Assembly (NCBI RefSeq): GCF_009914755.1 | Contig: NC_060947.1 | Length of the DNA: 64,000 nt | Source: the human T2T-CHM13v2.0 reference genome, Homo sapiens | Direction: 5' to 3' (one strand) | In this document: positions 14,614-28,259 of the stretch, piece after piece | Layout of the letters: every line of letters begins with the position of its first letter | Position numbering within the stretch: position 1 is the stretch's first letter | Program-made: the position numbers and the translations under genes | Notes under the pieces: model-generated | Databases searched by the model: none | Seen by the model: the letters and a program-made list of their open reading frames with translations, nothing else | What the model was told of the DNA's origin: nothing

Positions 14614-17482
14614 CAGAATAATTGCACAGGAAACTCTCCTATGTAATTCAGCTTCCATGGGACCATTTTAAATCTCTATTGCATATCTAGAGACAGTTAT
14701 TTATATTCTGCTTAATGGGCACTGATGTTGCTGCCTAAGTGTGACTCACTCTCTTTTGTCATCAAACATCATTTGCACACAGTAGGTCAACTTGCATAAA
14801 TTAAACTGAGAGAAAAATGTCTAATTCTGAAAACTAGCCATTTTAAAGCCACATAATCAACAAAGCTGCTCATGTAGGTCAAAATCTGCCCTCAGGTCTC
14901 CACAGACAATTCCCACCAGACTAATTACAGAGTTAGACTGCTAGTTTAAACTTGTCTTGAAAATCTCAGGTTTAAATAACTTCTTTAACTTGGGGGCTAC
15001 TTAAAAGAAATTCTTAGACAAGTATCTAGACCTAGTTAAAATATAGAAGTCCTACAAAAAGTATTAGTTAAAAACCAAATAAGGAAAGGAGATTTTGTTG
15101 CAAACAGTGGTGCAAAATTGATATCCTCTTTTTCTGGGACTGAAAAGGGCTACAGCAAACTATTGTGAAGACCCAAAGACATATTTAAACTAATAAAGTA
15201 GTCCCAAACTTCAACAAACATTCATGTTATTTGGACAAAATTTTATTGAACCTTTATCTAAACCTAAGTATTTTAATTATTTTTCAAGCTGGAGACTGAT
15301 ATAAATGGGTCTAAAGGACTTCATCATATAAAAATATTTAAATACTCTGGTGAAGAGGTGCCTGACAGACAGATCTAGTCTCAAAAACATTTACCATTCT
15401 AGTCAGAAGGATCTACTTTTAAAATTTCAAAGCCACATGAGAAACAAATTGCTGTTAATATTTAAACTCGAATGTGTGTGGATGTCACTGCAGTTGATTC
15501 AGGCTATGTATACAGATATACAGATGTGTTCTGAAAGCAGTAGCCATGATTTCCATAAGCCCTATAGAAAACTGGGAGGGGGAACAGGTGAGGAGGAATA
15601 AGGAGACCTCAGTCCAGATCTTCCTGGCTTCACTGTGAATTGATCTTGCTGCCTAGGGCCTTACTCAGATTTCTCTTGTAACTGGACTCTTGCTTCCTTG
15701 GCTGTATGCCTGCCTGACAGTTTAATCTCCAACCCCTCCACCCACCCTATTCCGGCCAGGCAAAGAACTAAATCTACGACGTTTGAATATGTGTGCCTGT
15801 TTTCTTAAAAGGAGCTCTCTTTGGGAACCCAAATAGAAAAGAGCTCAGGGTGGCTACTAAATGTGATAAACACAAGGTGTCCTGGCTCCCTGTGAGCCTC
15901 TCTCTGGCTCAGCAAAGCTCAAATCCTTTGACTGTAGGAATTATACACCAGACAATCCAGAAAACAATCCTTCCCAGTGCCCAGACTCTCTGGGTCTAGG
16001 TAGATGTTGATCTAGGTTCCAGTACAATTGTCAGTGCTACCTGTTTAAGGCTTCTCTCCAGCTGCAAGCTAAGCTATTACTTGCCCCACTCTATGCCTTG
16101 GTGAAGTGAAAGAAAAGCCTCCTGAGAAGGGTTCTATGCTGAACATTTTACCTGAGAAACTCTCTTTCTGAGAATTCACTTGGCAATTTAGATGGCAGGG
16201 GTGGGAGCTCCTGACAGAGTTTTTGACTTTACAAATCTTGCCCCATGGGCCAAATCTATTTAAGTTTAAGGTTTTCCCCTTCTTGGCACAGCAAGTGCCT
16301 ACCTATTCTGGCCCCTAACACTAGGCCTACAAAAGAGGGCTTCCAGCTCTTCAGGATGTCCTGATAGCTGCTTAGCCATGCTTCTGTTAGGGCAAAGAAT
16401 GTCCAAGAAACAAGAGTTGTCGTAGCCCCTTAGCTAAAATGAATATCCACGTCTTATTTATAAAGTTGATCACCATTCCGATAACACTGGCTGTAGCAAA
16501 GATCAATAGACCTAATTACCCTGTCCTATGTACTCCGAAGACTAACCTCTGGGGGAAGTATTATTGGTGGAAACACTATATGCAGCATTAAGTATCAATG
16601 ACATTCTCAGGTTTTCTGAAAGGATAGGTAAAGTTAGGAAATAAAAAAACTTTGATTCTCTGGCAAGCATTAGAAAACCAGCTTGCCCTTGAATGTCAAT
16701 ATCATGTCAATAATTCTGATGCAGAATGAATGAAGTGTGGTGCACAACCACTCATTAAATGGAAGAACATCAGGTGACATTCCTGATGAGTTTGCATAAT
16801 TAGTAAAGGTTTGGAGCTAGTGGTGCACGGAGCACCCATCAGCAGACAGCCCTCTGGTTAGTTAAAATTCTGGAGGACATGCCAATGTTTCTTCTTTCCA
16901 CTCTGCTCACTAGAATATCCTGAGAAAGCAAATTGCAACTTAATGTAGACCCAGATTTGGGCAGTTGGTGGAAATGGTGGGTGAATGGCATTAAGATGCT
17001 GCTCTGCAAGGCCCCAGCTTCTCAAGCATGGATGGCCTGCATCATATAAAAGCAACCCCGGATTTCCAGGAGGGGATTTCAATCGTACAAACGTCAGAAA
17101 TGTAAAGGAGCCTAATATGCCCTTGTGTTAAGAAATGTCGAAGAAACATCTGCAGAATGGCATCTTGCAGGCTATTAGGGAAAATAGTGAGGCTTGAAGC
17201 ATGGAGAACAGACAGCTGTGCTTTCAGGGGACACTTTCGGATGTCGAGGTCACTGGAGAAATATGTCAGTTGGCATGGTGAGTTACCCCATGCTAAGAGA
17301 AACCAGATCAAATTTTTGGCTAGTTACTCAGGACACTCCAGGATACCTCCTCTATAATATGATTTTCAACCCACATCCCCCTTCAGCAAAGGGAGTATTT
17401 GTTTACTCAGTTTTCCCTTTTCTCTGAAGCACACATACTTTGCGGGGCTCCTTGTCAGAAATAGTTCCCCACCCTGGAATGA

Positions 17483-17979
<497 letters not shown>

Positions 17980-17992
17980 CACTCTTGTGGCA

Positions 17993-18760
17993 TTATATAT
18001 TGTAAATCCAATGATAGCTGATCAAATCAGTGCCTCTCCTGTTCCAAACTTGACATGATTGAATTGTCAATAGAAAAGATTTTACAGTAAGAGAAGGAAA
18101 GCTGACAGTGTAAATGTCTGAAAACCCAATGAAGCTCAATATAAAATAGAACAATGAGTTAGGATATCATTTTATAATTTCCAATGGGGAAAAAAAGTGT
18201 TTAGTGAATCACAGCTGAAATTGGGGGTGATCACAGGGAGGGGGAAGCAGGAATGAAAAGCCAGCTAACTTGCATTATAATTTTTGAGAAATCTGAAATG
18301 CAAATTTGCAGATGCAAATTTTAGGAATTATGCATCATAGTCACTGAGTTGTTTATTTACAGAAATGGTTCAAATACTCTCCATCTCTTTCCTCCTCCAT
18401 ACACATAGTTTTTAGTGATAATACCCAGTTGCTGGGGAGAAATAAGCCTATCTTTCCCCAGGAGTCCTGCTGACTTCTAGTAAGTGGCTTGGGAACAGAT
18501 CTTGTAGAACTTATCCTTGCATTCTTAAAGTCAATCAGTAGAGCACTAGTTTCATTTAAAAGATCCCTAGAAGGAGTCAGGTTTGTTTTTGTTTTTGTTT
18601 TTGTTTGAAGCTGCAGAACTTTCTCAGATATATACATCTTGCTTCACATGTGGCCAACCACACTTCCCTTAGGAAAACTAAAAAAACTAAAAAAACTTAA
18701 AAAGTTGTACTCCTTAAAACTTGAACTCCTGCCAATTTTTCAAGAGACCTGATTTGTCTG
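17993..18760 (+). repeat. Long inverted repeat, left arm (unique sequence)
   Basis: Reverse complement of 20444-21204; 17993-18685 pairs with 20512-21204 without gaps (position sum 39197), 3 mismatches. Confidence 0.99.
18298..18319 (+). promoter_or_regulatory. Tandem POU octamer motifs (ATGCAAAT x2), candidate enhancer core
   Basis: ATGCAAAT at 18298-18305 and 18312-18319; mirror copy at 20878-20899; function not shown. Confidence 0.35.
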
Positions 18761-19093
18761 TTTGCAAATATAAGAGCATGGTACTTATTTGTATGTTGAG
18801 AAGCATATGACATCCCATAGGGAGAGACCAGGCTGTGAACTGATAAGAGAATGCTGTTTCATTTAAAAGCAGACAGAGCCTTGTTTGCATGACGTTCTTG
18901 CCTCAGTAGTTGTTCTAAATGCATGGGACCTGATTAAGGGAGAATTAGCTTCTGAGAGATGCTTGGTTTCTGAGTTTTCATCTTGAAAACTATATTCTGA
19001 GGTTGTTGGAGCATATTTTTGGAGACATCTTTAAATATAAATGAAATTCAGCATTATTCTCCTCCCTGTGGAGGTGGCACATTACACCACTGA

Positions 19094-19466
<373 letters not shown>

Positions 19467-19944
19467 TAATATTGCTCTTTTTTTGAAGCTTATCAAAACT
19501 TGTTCTTGATGGCTTGTTCTTCGTCTCATTCAACCAACTTCATTAATCTCTTGTTCTGACAGTGGAGTTCTTATAAAGCTCAATCAATTGCTCTCAATTT
19601 ATTATCATGGCTACCCTTTACTAAGTGCTTTTTACAAGCCAAAGATTGTGCTGTTCAAATTACATGTATTATTTCATTTAATGCTCACAGAATCTCTATA
19701 AAAATCAGAGAGAAGAAAAACAGGGCCAAGAATACTCTAGATTATTGGTTAACACCCAATTTTGCTGGACAGGGAAAAGAGTAGGAGCCAACAAAAAAAA
19801 TGGAAAAGTAGTGATCAGAAAGGAAGGAGGGGAACAAGGAAGAGCAAGATCCTGGAAGTCAAAGAAGTTGATGTGACACCCACCATGAACTACACTCTCC
19901 AATCTATATATCTCCACCCTCAGCTTATTGCACATGCACTGTAC

Positions 19945-20080
19945 TAAAGGTGCTGTAGGTGGGTTTGGGGCATCATTGACCCTCTGAAATGTGATGCAAA
20001 ATTTCATGCATCTACATGCATACATTTTCTGGGGCATGAGTTCACAGGTTTAATTAGGGACCCATAAACAAAACAAAGGT
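19945..20080 (+). mobile_element. MER117-like hAT-Charlie fragment
   Basis: ctgaaat..gatgcaaaattt...cattttctgggg...gacccataaacaaaacaaagg resembles recalled consensus. Confidence 0.45.
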
Positions 20081-20443
20081 GTATCTTCAGGCTCTTGCCT
20101 TCAGTTTTCCATTGCACAGTTTCCATTGTACCCCGAAAGTTGACATGTCTAAAACTTCATTTAACATCTATTTTTGTATCACCTCGCTGCAAACTGGTTA
20201 CTGATCTCACCTCTGTCCACTTTTTGCTAGTATAATACCATTATTCTCCTCCAAGCCATCCTCTGTTTTCCCCCATATATCTAGTACATGACCATTGCCT
20301 CTAGGATTTATCCCTCCTCTCTTCTTCCCTTCTTACTTTTTTTACCACCTTCTCTTGGGACCTTTTCTTCTAGCGTGTAGACTTTTGAGGTTGTTCTTAG
20401 CCAGCATCCTTGCTTGCTAACCCTCTTTGTATTACAGTGATGC

Positions 20444-21204
20444 CAGACAAATCAGGTATCCTGAAAAATTGGCAGGAGTTCTTCAAGTTTTAAGGGGTAC
20501 AGCTTTTTTAGTTTTTTAGTTTTCCTAAGGGAAGTGTGGTTGGCCACATGTGAAGCAAGATGTATATATCTGAGAAAGTTCTGCAGCTTCAAACAAAAAC
20601 AAAAACAAAAACAAACCTGACTCCTTCTAGGGATCTTTTAAATGAAACTAGTGCTCTACTGATTGACTTTAAGAATGCAAGGATAAGTTCTACAAGATTT
20701 GTTCCCAAGCCACTTACTAGAAGTCAGCAGGACTCCTGGGGAAAGATAGGCTTATTTCTCCCCAGCAACTGGGTATTATCACTAAAAACTATGTGTATGG
20801 AGGAGGAAAGAGATGGAGAGTATTTGAACCATTTCTGTAAATAAACAACTCAGTGACTATGATGCATAATTCCTAAAATTTGCATCTGCAAATTTGCATT
20901 TCAGATTTCTCAAAAATTATAATGCAAGTTAGCTGGCTTTTCATTCCTGCTTCCCCCTCCCTGTGATCACCCCCAATTTCAGCTGTGATTCACTAAACAC
21001 TTTTTTTCCCCATTGGAAATTATAAAATGATATCCTAGCTCATTGTTTTATTTTATATTGAGCTTCATTGGGTTTTCAGACATTTACACTGTCAGCTTTC
21101 CTTCTCTTACTGTAAAATCTTTTCTATTGACAATTCAATCATGTCAAGTTTGGAACAGGAGAGGCACTGATTTGATCAGCTATCATTGGATTTACAATAT
21201 ATAA
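20444..21204 (-). repeat. Long inverted repeat, right arm
   Basis: Reverse complement of 17993-18760; the ORF track shows the same 94-aa ORF in both arms with one S/F difference. Confidence 0.99.
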
Positions 21205-22097
21205 ATGACGGCACCATATCTGGCCTTCGTGTAAAGCAGCTGCCTTTTATCGATTTATATTCCACTAGCAAGGAAGAAAAATTGCAGCACAATGTAGTGG
21301 TATGGTCCAAGATCAATACCAATTTTTTTCTTAATGACACAAAGGCCAAGATAAGGACAGCATAAGTCAAAGCTAGACAGATCAAATTTGCCCGATATCC
21401 CTTTCAATTACTGAAGAACATGCACAGGGATGTATAACATTAAAGCAAAGGAGAATATTATTCCAAGTGGTTTAAAATTACGACATCCAAAAAGACTGCA
21501 TGGCCCTCTCCCTGAGATAAGGAATTGAAATGAGCTGAGAATGGAGAGCCACCCACCCTTGCACATTGGTCTAAAAGCAGCTAGGTGTTTCCAGAGTTAG
21601 TCTAACTATTAGAAGTCAGAGCACTGATCAGCTGTGTAATCCAAATGATAAGGATTTAAAGCAGGACTCCAGCACCAAACACCCTGAATTCCTTAGGTGT
21701 TGTTATTGAACAACAGGTAATGAAAAGTGCAATAGATTGGTTGTCCCCCAGAATAGAATATGTGTTATAATAAGCTAAAAAGCAAATTACCCAGTTTAAC
21801 AAGCCCAATAGAGTGGTAGGCCATATAAACTCTGAGCAAGTTGTAAAGTTATAGCTGTCTGCACTATGGCAATGAACGGCTACCCAGTCCCTGTGGGAAT
21901 CTGAGAAGATTCCCTATTTCAGTAAAAATAAAAGTGGGTGCAGGTCAAAGCAGTTATTTCTGAAACTGCTGTGCCATGACCCCAAACCATGTTATGTTTC
22001 CATGTTATGTTTATCATAACATGGAAAGTTAGGATGAAATCAGTTCAGGAGAATCCTAGACTGGAGACCCTTTTGGTGATTTTTCTCTACTGATGGA

Positions 22098-22353
22098 TTT
22101 TTTTTAATTTTATTATTATTATACTTTAAGTTTTAGGGTACATGTGCGCAATGTGCAGGTTAGTTACATATGTATACATGTGCCATGCTGGTGTGCTGCA
22201 CCCATTAACTCATCATTTAGCATTAGGTATATATCCTAATGCTATCCCTCCCCCCTCCCCCCACCCCACAACAGTCCCCAGAGTGTGATGTTCCCCTTCC
22301 TGTGTCCATGTGTTCTCATTGTTCAATTCCCACCTGTGAGTGAGAACAAGCGG
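22098..22353 (-). mobile_element. Young 5'-truncated L1 (L1PA2/PA3-like) 3' end
   Basis: tatactttaagttttagggtacatgtg...ctccccccaccccacaacagtcccc; TSD ggattttttt(t) on both sides at a TTTT/AA site. Confidence 0.95.
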
Positions 22354-22744
22354 ATTTTTTTTTAACCTGCTACCAACACTTACGGCGTCAGGGGCTTCTC
22401 ATTAAACTAGACTCCCATTCTACTTGCATACTTCCTGACAGTCCCTTCCCTTCTACTGGTGTCCTGTCCAACATAATATAAACATGGTTAGACACTTTAA
22501 ATGACAGCAATCTTTGACATAGAGTACAATATCAGCAAAAATTATGCAAAGTATAGACAAACTAAGGTGCTCAAGAATAGCTTGAATCTTGGCAGGGCTT
22601 TGTGAGATATGCTGTGAAGGAAACTTGAATATCTGATCAGTGGTATAATAGATGACATTTGAGTTCCTTCCAGTACTAAGCATCTATATTTCTAAGTAAT
22701 AACAGATCAAATGCCTTATAAATGGGAAAACAAAACAAAACACA

Positions 22745-23070
22745 GTAGAATAAACATGGGTCTTTGAAATCAAGCAGACTTGGATTCCAGACTGAACTCT
22801 GCCACTTACCAGCAATATAACCTTGGGCAAGTTACTTAGCCTCTCTGTAAATCAATAGCAGGCTAAGTGACAAGTGTGCTATAAACAATATCACATTTGA
22901 TCTTCACAACAATCCTGTGAGTTTGTTATCTCCATTTTAAAGATAATGAAACTGAGGTTCAGTGAGTTTAAGTAAACTTGCTCAAGGTTATACATGGTTA
23001 ATGGTAGAATCTAGATTCAAACCATAATCTATATGGTTCCAAAATCTATTCTTACCATTACTTCAATCAC
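22745..23070. mobile_element. Two MIR fragments in opposite orientation
   Basis: accttgggcaagttacttagcctctctg (+), then gaaactgaggttcagtgagtttaagtaaacttgctcaagg (-). Confidence 0.7.
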
Positions 23071-25107
23071 ACTACAGTCCTTTCAGTCTAACCTAAACCT
23101 GAACTATTATCTTCATTGTCTCTCCGGTCACTAAGAAATAAAGTTTGGGCCACATAGCTAACCATAACAGAACTGTATAATCCCACTGACAATGAGGAAG
23201 CCAATAATAACTTAGATGCCTGGTCAGGAAATGCTTAGAAACCAAACATGGAAACCTCATTTTTTTCACACCACATTTGTTAACACTGTCACCATGATAA
23301 TATATGTAACTGAAGAGAAATAAATGTTCCAACCCTAAGGACAAGAATGAAAGTTGTAACAAGAATGCAAAGGGCAGCATGAGATACATATCTTATACAG
23401 TCAATTTTGATTTGATTTTTCTACTAGTGCTGCTAATGCATTTTTTCTTGCAAATTAGTGCAATATTAGTGATCATAACATTAGATGATGCAGTTTAGCT
23501 GTGGGCAACAGAAGCAGGCAGTTCAGCCTGGTGTGGAGCAATCAGAAATGGGATGCTTTGTTTTCAAGAAAATGTCATGCTGGGACTTTGAGTGGCAGTA
23601 AAATTTGAGTTACCAGATGATTTTGGAACTAGGAGGTTTGGTAAGACCATCCTAGTAGTTAGAGTTAGCACAATTAGAAGCTCAGGAAGCCGAAGAGGTA
23701 AGACTGAGATAAAGAAATATACAAACACCACAAATCAGAGCAGCCAGTTGGGCCATAAGTTTGGGTAGAGAAAATGGGAGGAAGTCCATACAAAAATTAT
23801 GAATCAGGGCACCTAGCTTGAACCTGATACTCTCACGTACTTTCTTTCACAGAAAGAATACACTAACTATCCTAAGCTAGCAGCAAAAGAGTAATCATGT
23901 CTGGCTAGCAAGGGCTCTCAAAGGTGCTGGGCAGCCTGAAAAGTGATAAGCAAAAAAGACAGAGGAGCAAATAGCTGGTAGATGGGAGATAGTACAAGAG
24001 TGTGATTTGGCCATCTAGCACTAGGATCTCAAACTGACTGTGTTCAAAGGTATGACTGAGGAAACATATGCCAGAAACTTAGTCCAATGGCCAGCACATA
24101 GCAAGAGCTCCATGCATTTCTTAAAGTTCCACAAAAGGGGTTGTGCCGAAAAGCCAAAGGATGAAAGTCTTCAAGTGTATACAAAGTGATCTTTCTAGCC
24201 ACACACCTGTATAGCAACATTTTCAACAGAATCATTTTTTTCAACACCTGGTGAATGAACAATGAAGGTAAGTTAATGATCAAAGGTAACCTCAAAATAG
24301 CTTGTTTTGGAAGCATAAATGTACACTAATTATTACAAAAGTCACCAGCCAATGACATATGCACTCCATTGACTAATTAGCTTTTTGATGCCATCAGAAG
24401 GAAAAAGAACTTTGGTAAATACTATAGCCAATTATTAATACTTTCAATTTCTGTATAATCCTGGCACATTCTTAAGTGGTCCATAAAAGTAAGGAGCAAC
24501 AGTGTCACAATCTTTACACAGTCAATTTTATCTATAATTTGGGAATACTGGCACATGAATAGTTCTGTTCAAACTCTTCAAACTGTTGAAATATTTATTT
24601 CCTTTTGTCTCAGATTATGTACTTGATAGAGGTAAGCTGGGGCTATAGAGATACATATATATTCGGAACACTTGAAATGGAGGCCTGGTTCTACCACTTA
24701 CTAGGTGAGTAACGTCTGACTGGGCCTCAGCTCCCTCATCCACATAACAAAAGGTAATAATACCTAGTGTAGGCATTATTCATCTTTATATCCATCATGG
24801 GCCTGAAAATTATGGTAGACAAATAGCGAGCAGAAGCCAAAGAAACATTTGTTGCTTGGTGATAAAACTTTCAGGAAAATATAGAATTTTTGACCCTGGA
24901 ATTTTGCATTGCTAGGAAAACATATTACAAATAAAGTATTAATAATCCTATAATTGTCACTCACAGTCAAAATCATTGTGTTGAAATAGATTGCTTTGGT
25001 TTGATTGAAGAGTCATCGTTGAATTGGCATCACTTGACCCAGAAAACAGATAACGGTATACTGCAGAGTCTATGCATTTTTACCTTTCTAAAGGGCATGC
25101 ATAAATA

Positions 25108-25813
25108 CAGTAGTCCCCCTCACCCTTATGTGCAGTTTTGCTATCTGTGGTCTGTTTCCTGCAGTCAACCACAATCTGAAAATATTAAACAAAAAATTCC
25201 AGAAATAAACAATTCATAAGTTTTAAATTGCAATACTGTTCTGAGTAGCGTGATGAAATCTCACACTGTCTTGCTGCATCCCACCTGGGATACGAATCAT
25301 TCCTTTGCCCAGCATATCCACACTGTATATACTACTCACCCGTTAATCACTTAGTCTCTCAGTTATCAGATCCACTGTCACAGTATCACAGTGCCTTGTA
25401 TTCATGTAACCTTTATTTTACTTACCAATGGCTCTAAAGTGCAAGAATAGTGGTGCTGGCAATTCACATATGCCAAAGAGGAGTCAGAAAGTGCTTCCTT
25501 TAAGTGAAAAGGTGAAAGTTCTTAATAAGGAAAGAGAAAAAAATCATATGCTGAGGTTGCTAAGATCTATGGTAAGGACAAATCTATCTGTGAAACTGAA
25601 CAGTATATCATTGTATTCTATTTTATTATTAGGCTATTGTTGATAATCTCTCACTGTGCCCTGCGTATAAATTAAAACTGATCATAGATGTGCATGTATA
25701 GGAAAAATATAGCATATACAGGGTTCAGTACTATTTGACTGAACTAAGACTTGAGATTTCAGGCATCCACTAGGGGTCTTGAATGCATGTCCATGGATAA
25801 GGAGGGACTACTA
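25108..25813 (+). mobile_element. MER44-family (Tigger7-derived) TcMar DNA transposon
   Basis: TIRs cagtagtccccc / ggagggactacta, TA target sites, remnant transposase start MPKRSQKVLPLSEKVKVL. Confidence 0.85.
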
Positions 25814-25936
25814 TATCATATGCCAAACATTTATATGTGTTTAAAAGATGAAATTAAACTAATTACCACAGACTAGAAACAAGACCCAGAGCCTCATAAC
25901 ATAATGTACAAAATGTCCAGAACACATATAAAATTA

Positions 25937-26275
<339 letters not shown>

Positions 26276-26806
26276 GGCTGGAAAAATGTCATATTACTTA
26301 CAGGAGAATAACAATTTGAATGACTGTGGATTCTTCATAAGAAACCACAGAAGCAAGAAAGAAGTGGCACATTATTAAAGTGATGACAAAAAAAACTACT
26401 AACCCAGAATTCTGTATCCAGTGAAATATCTTTCAGAAATGAAGATGAAATTAAAAAGAAAAACATTTCCATATAATTGAAAACTAAGAGAATTCATAGC
26501 CACTGAAATGCTCTAAAGGAAGTTCTTCATATAGTAGGAAAATGATATCAGAAGGAAAATCTGAAAATAAGAACTAAAGAAAGAGCAACAGAAAAGACAA
26601 ATATCCAAATAAATAAAATAGTCTATAACGGCCTTGAGGTCTTTAAAATGTTTTACCATTAAATACAAACATAATAATTTCTGATGGGATTTTGCAATAT
26701 ATTCATATAAAACAACTATTATACAATATAAAAGGGGGATGGAAAGGGGACTTACATAATAGAAGATTTCTGCATTCAGGTTAAATACAAATTGTAAGAA
26801 GACTGT

Positions 26807-27092
26807 CCAGGCACAGTGGCTGACACCTGTAACCTCAGTGCTTTGGGAGGATGAGGCGGGCAGATCACTTGAGGTCAGGAGCTCAAGAGCAGCCTAGCCA
26901 ACATGGTGACACCCCATATGTACTAAAAAACTACAAAAAAAATTAGCCAGGCATGGTGGCACATGCCTGTAATCACAGCTACTCGGGAGGCTGACAGGAG
27001 AACCTGGGAGGCAGAGGTTGTAGTGAGCCAAGATCGTGCCACTGCACTCTAGCCTGGGTGACAGAGCGAGACTCCATCTCAAAAAAAAAAAA
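26807..27092 (+). mobile_element. Alu SINE
   Basis: TSD aaattgtaagaagactgt on both sides. Confidence 0.95.
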
Positions 27093-27489
27093 AAATTGTA
27101 AGAAGACTGTGAAAAGTAAAGTGTGTATATGGCAATCCCCTAGAGCACTAAAAACTAAAAACACTAAAAAAAAAATACAAAGAGATATAGCCAAAAAAAT
27201 AAAAAGGAATAATAAAAAATGTTCAAATAACCCAAAGGAAAACAGGAAAAGAGAAAAAGAGGAATGAGAAACAGAAAGGAAAAAACAGAAAACAGATCAT
27301 AAAATGATAGATATAGATCCAAACATATCAATAATGACATTAAATGTAAATGGTCTAACAATCCAATTAAAAGATAGATATTACAAACTACAGGGTGTCT
27401 ATAAGAGATCTATCTCCCATGTACTGATATAGGTACGTTTAAAATACAAAGATATAGAAGGACATCAGTGGAAATGACAGAGTAAAGAA

Positions 27490-27845
27490 TTGACATCATA
27501 GAAGCAGAGAGTAGAGTAGTTGTTACCAGACACTGGGGAGGAGAAAAGGGAGGAGACGAAGGGGGAGAGGTTAATCAACAGGTATAAAGTTATAATTACA
27601 TAGGAGGAATAAATTCTGATGTTCTATTGCATAGTAGGATGATGATGGTTAACAGTAAGATATGGTATATTACAAAACAGCTAAAAGAGAAGCTTTTGAA
27701 TGTTCTTACCACAAAGAAATGGTAAATACATGAGGTGATGGCTATGCTAAATACCCTGATTTGATCATTACATAACATATATCTCTAGCGAAATATTAAA
27801 TTGTACCCCATAAATATGTACAATTACAATGCATCAATTTAAAAA
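27490..27845 (+). mobile_element. L1MA-like 3' end fragment
   Basis: gaagcagagagtagagtagttgttaccaga...gttcttaccacaaagaaat...gtaccccataaatatgtacaatta. Confidence 0.8.
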
Positions 27846-27957
27846 GTGCTCTATATACCTGTGTCCACAAAAATTTAAAATTAAAAAAAAAGTTAATACC
27901 AAAAAAATTGCTCTCCATAAAAGCAATGAAATACTGGCAAAAAAATTGCGAGAATTA

Positions 27958-28259
27958 CTTTTTCTTTTTTTTGAGACGGAGTCTCGCTCTGTCGCCCGGG
28001 CTGGAGTGCAGTGGCGCGATCTCAGCTCACTGCAACCTGCAACCTCTGCCTCCCAGGTTAAAGCAATTCTCCTGCGTCAGCCTCCCAAGTAGCTGGGACT
28101 TCAGGCGTGTGCCACCATGCCAAGCTACTTTTTTATATTTTTAGTAGAGACGGGGTTTCACCGTGTTAGCCAGGCTGCTCTCGATCTCCTGACCTCATGA
28201 TCTGCCCACCTCAGCCTCCCAAAGTGTTAGGATTACAGGCATGAGCCACTGTGCCTGGC
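27958..28259 (-). mobile_element. Alu SINE (AluS-like)
   Basis: Reverse Alu. Confidence 0.95.
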
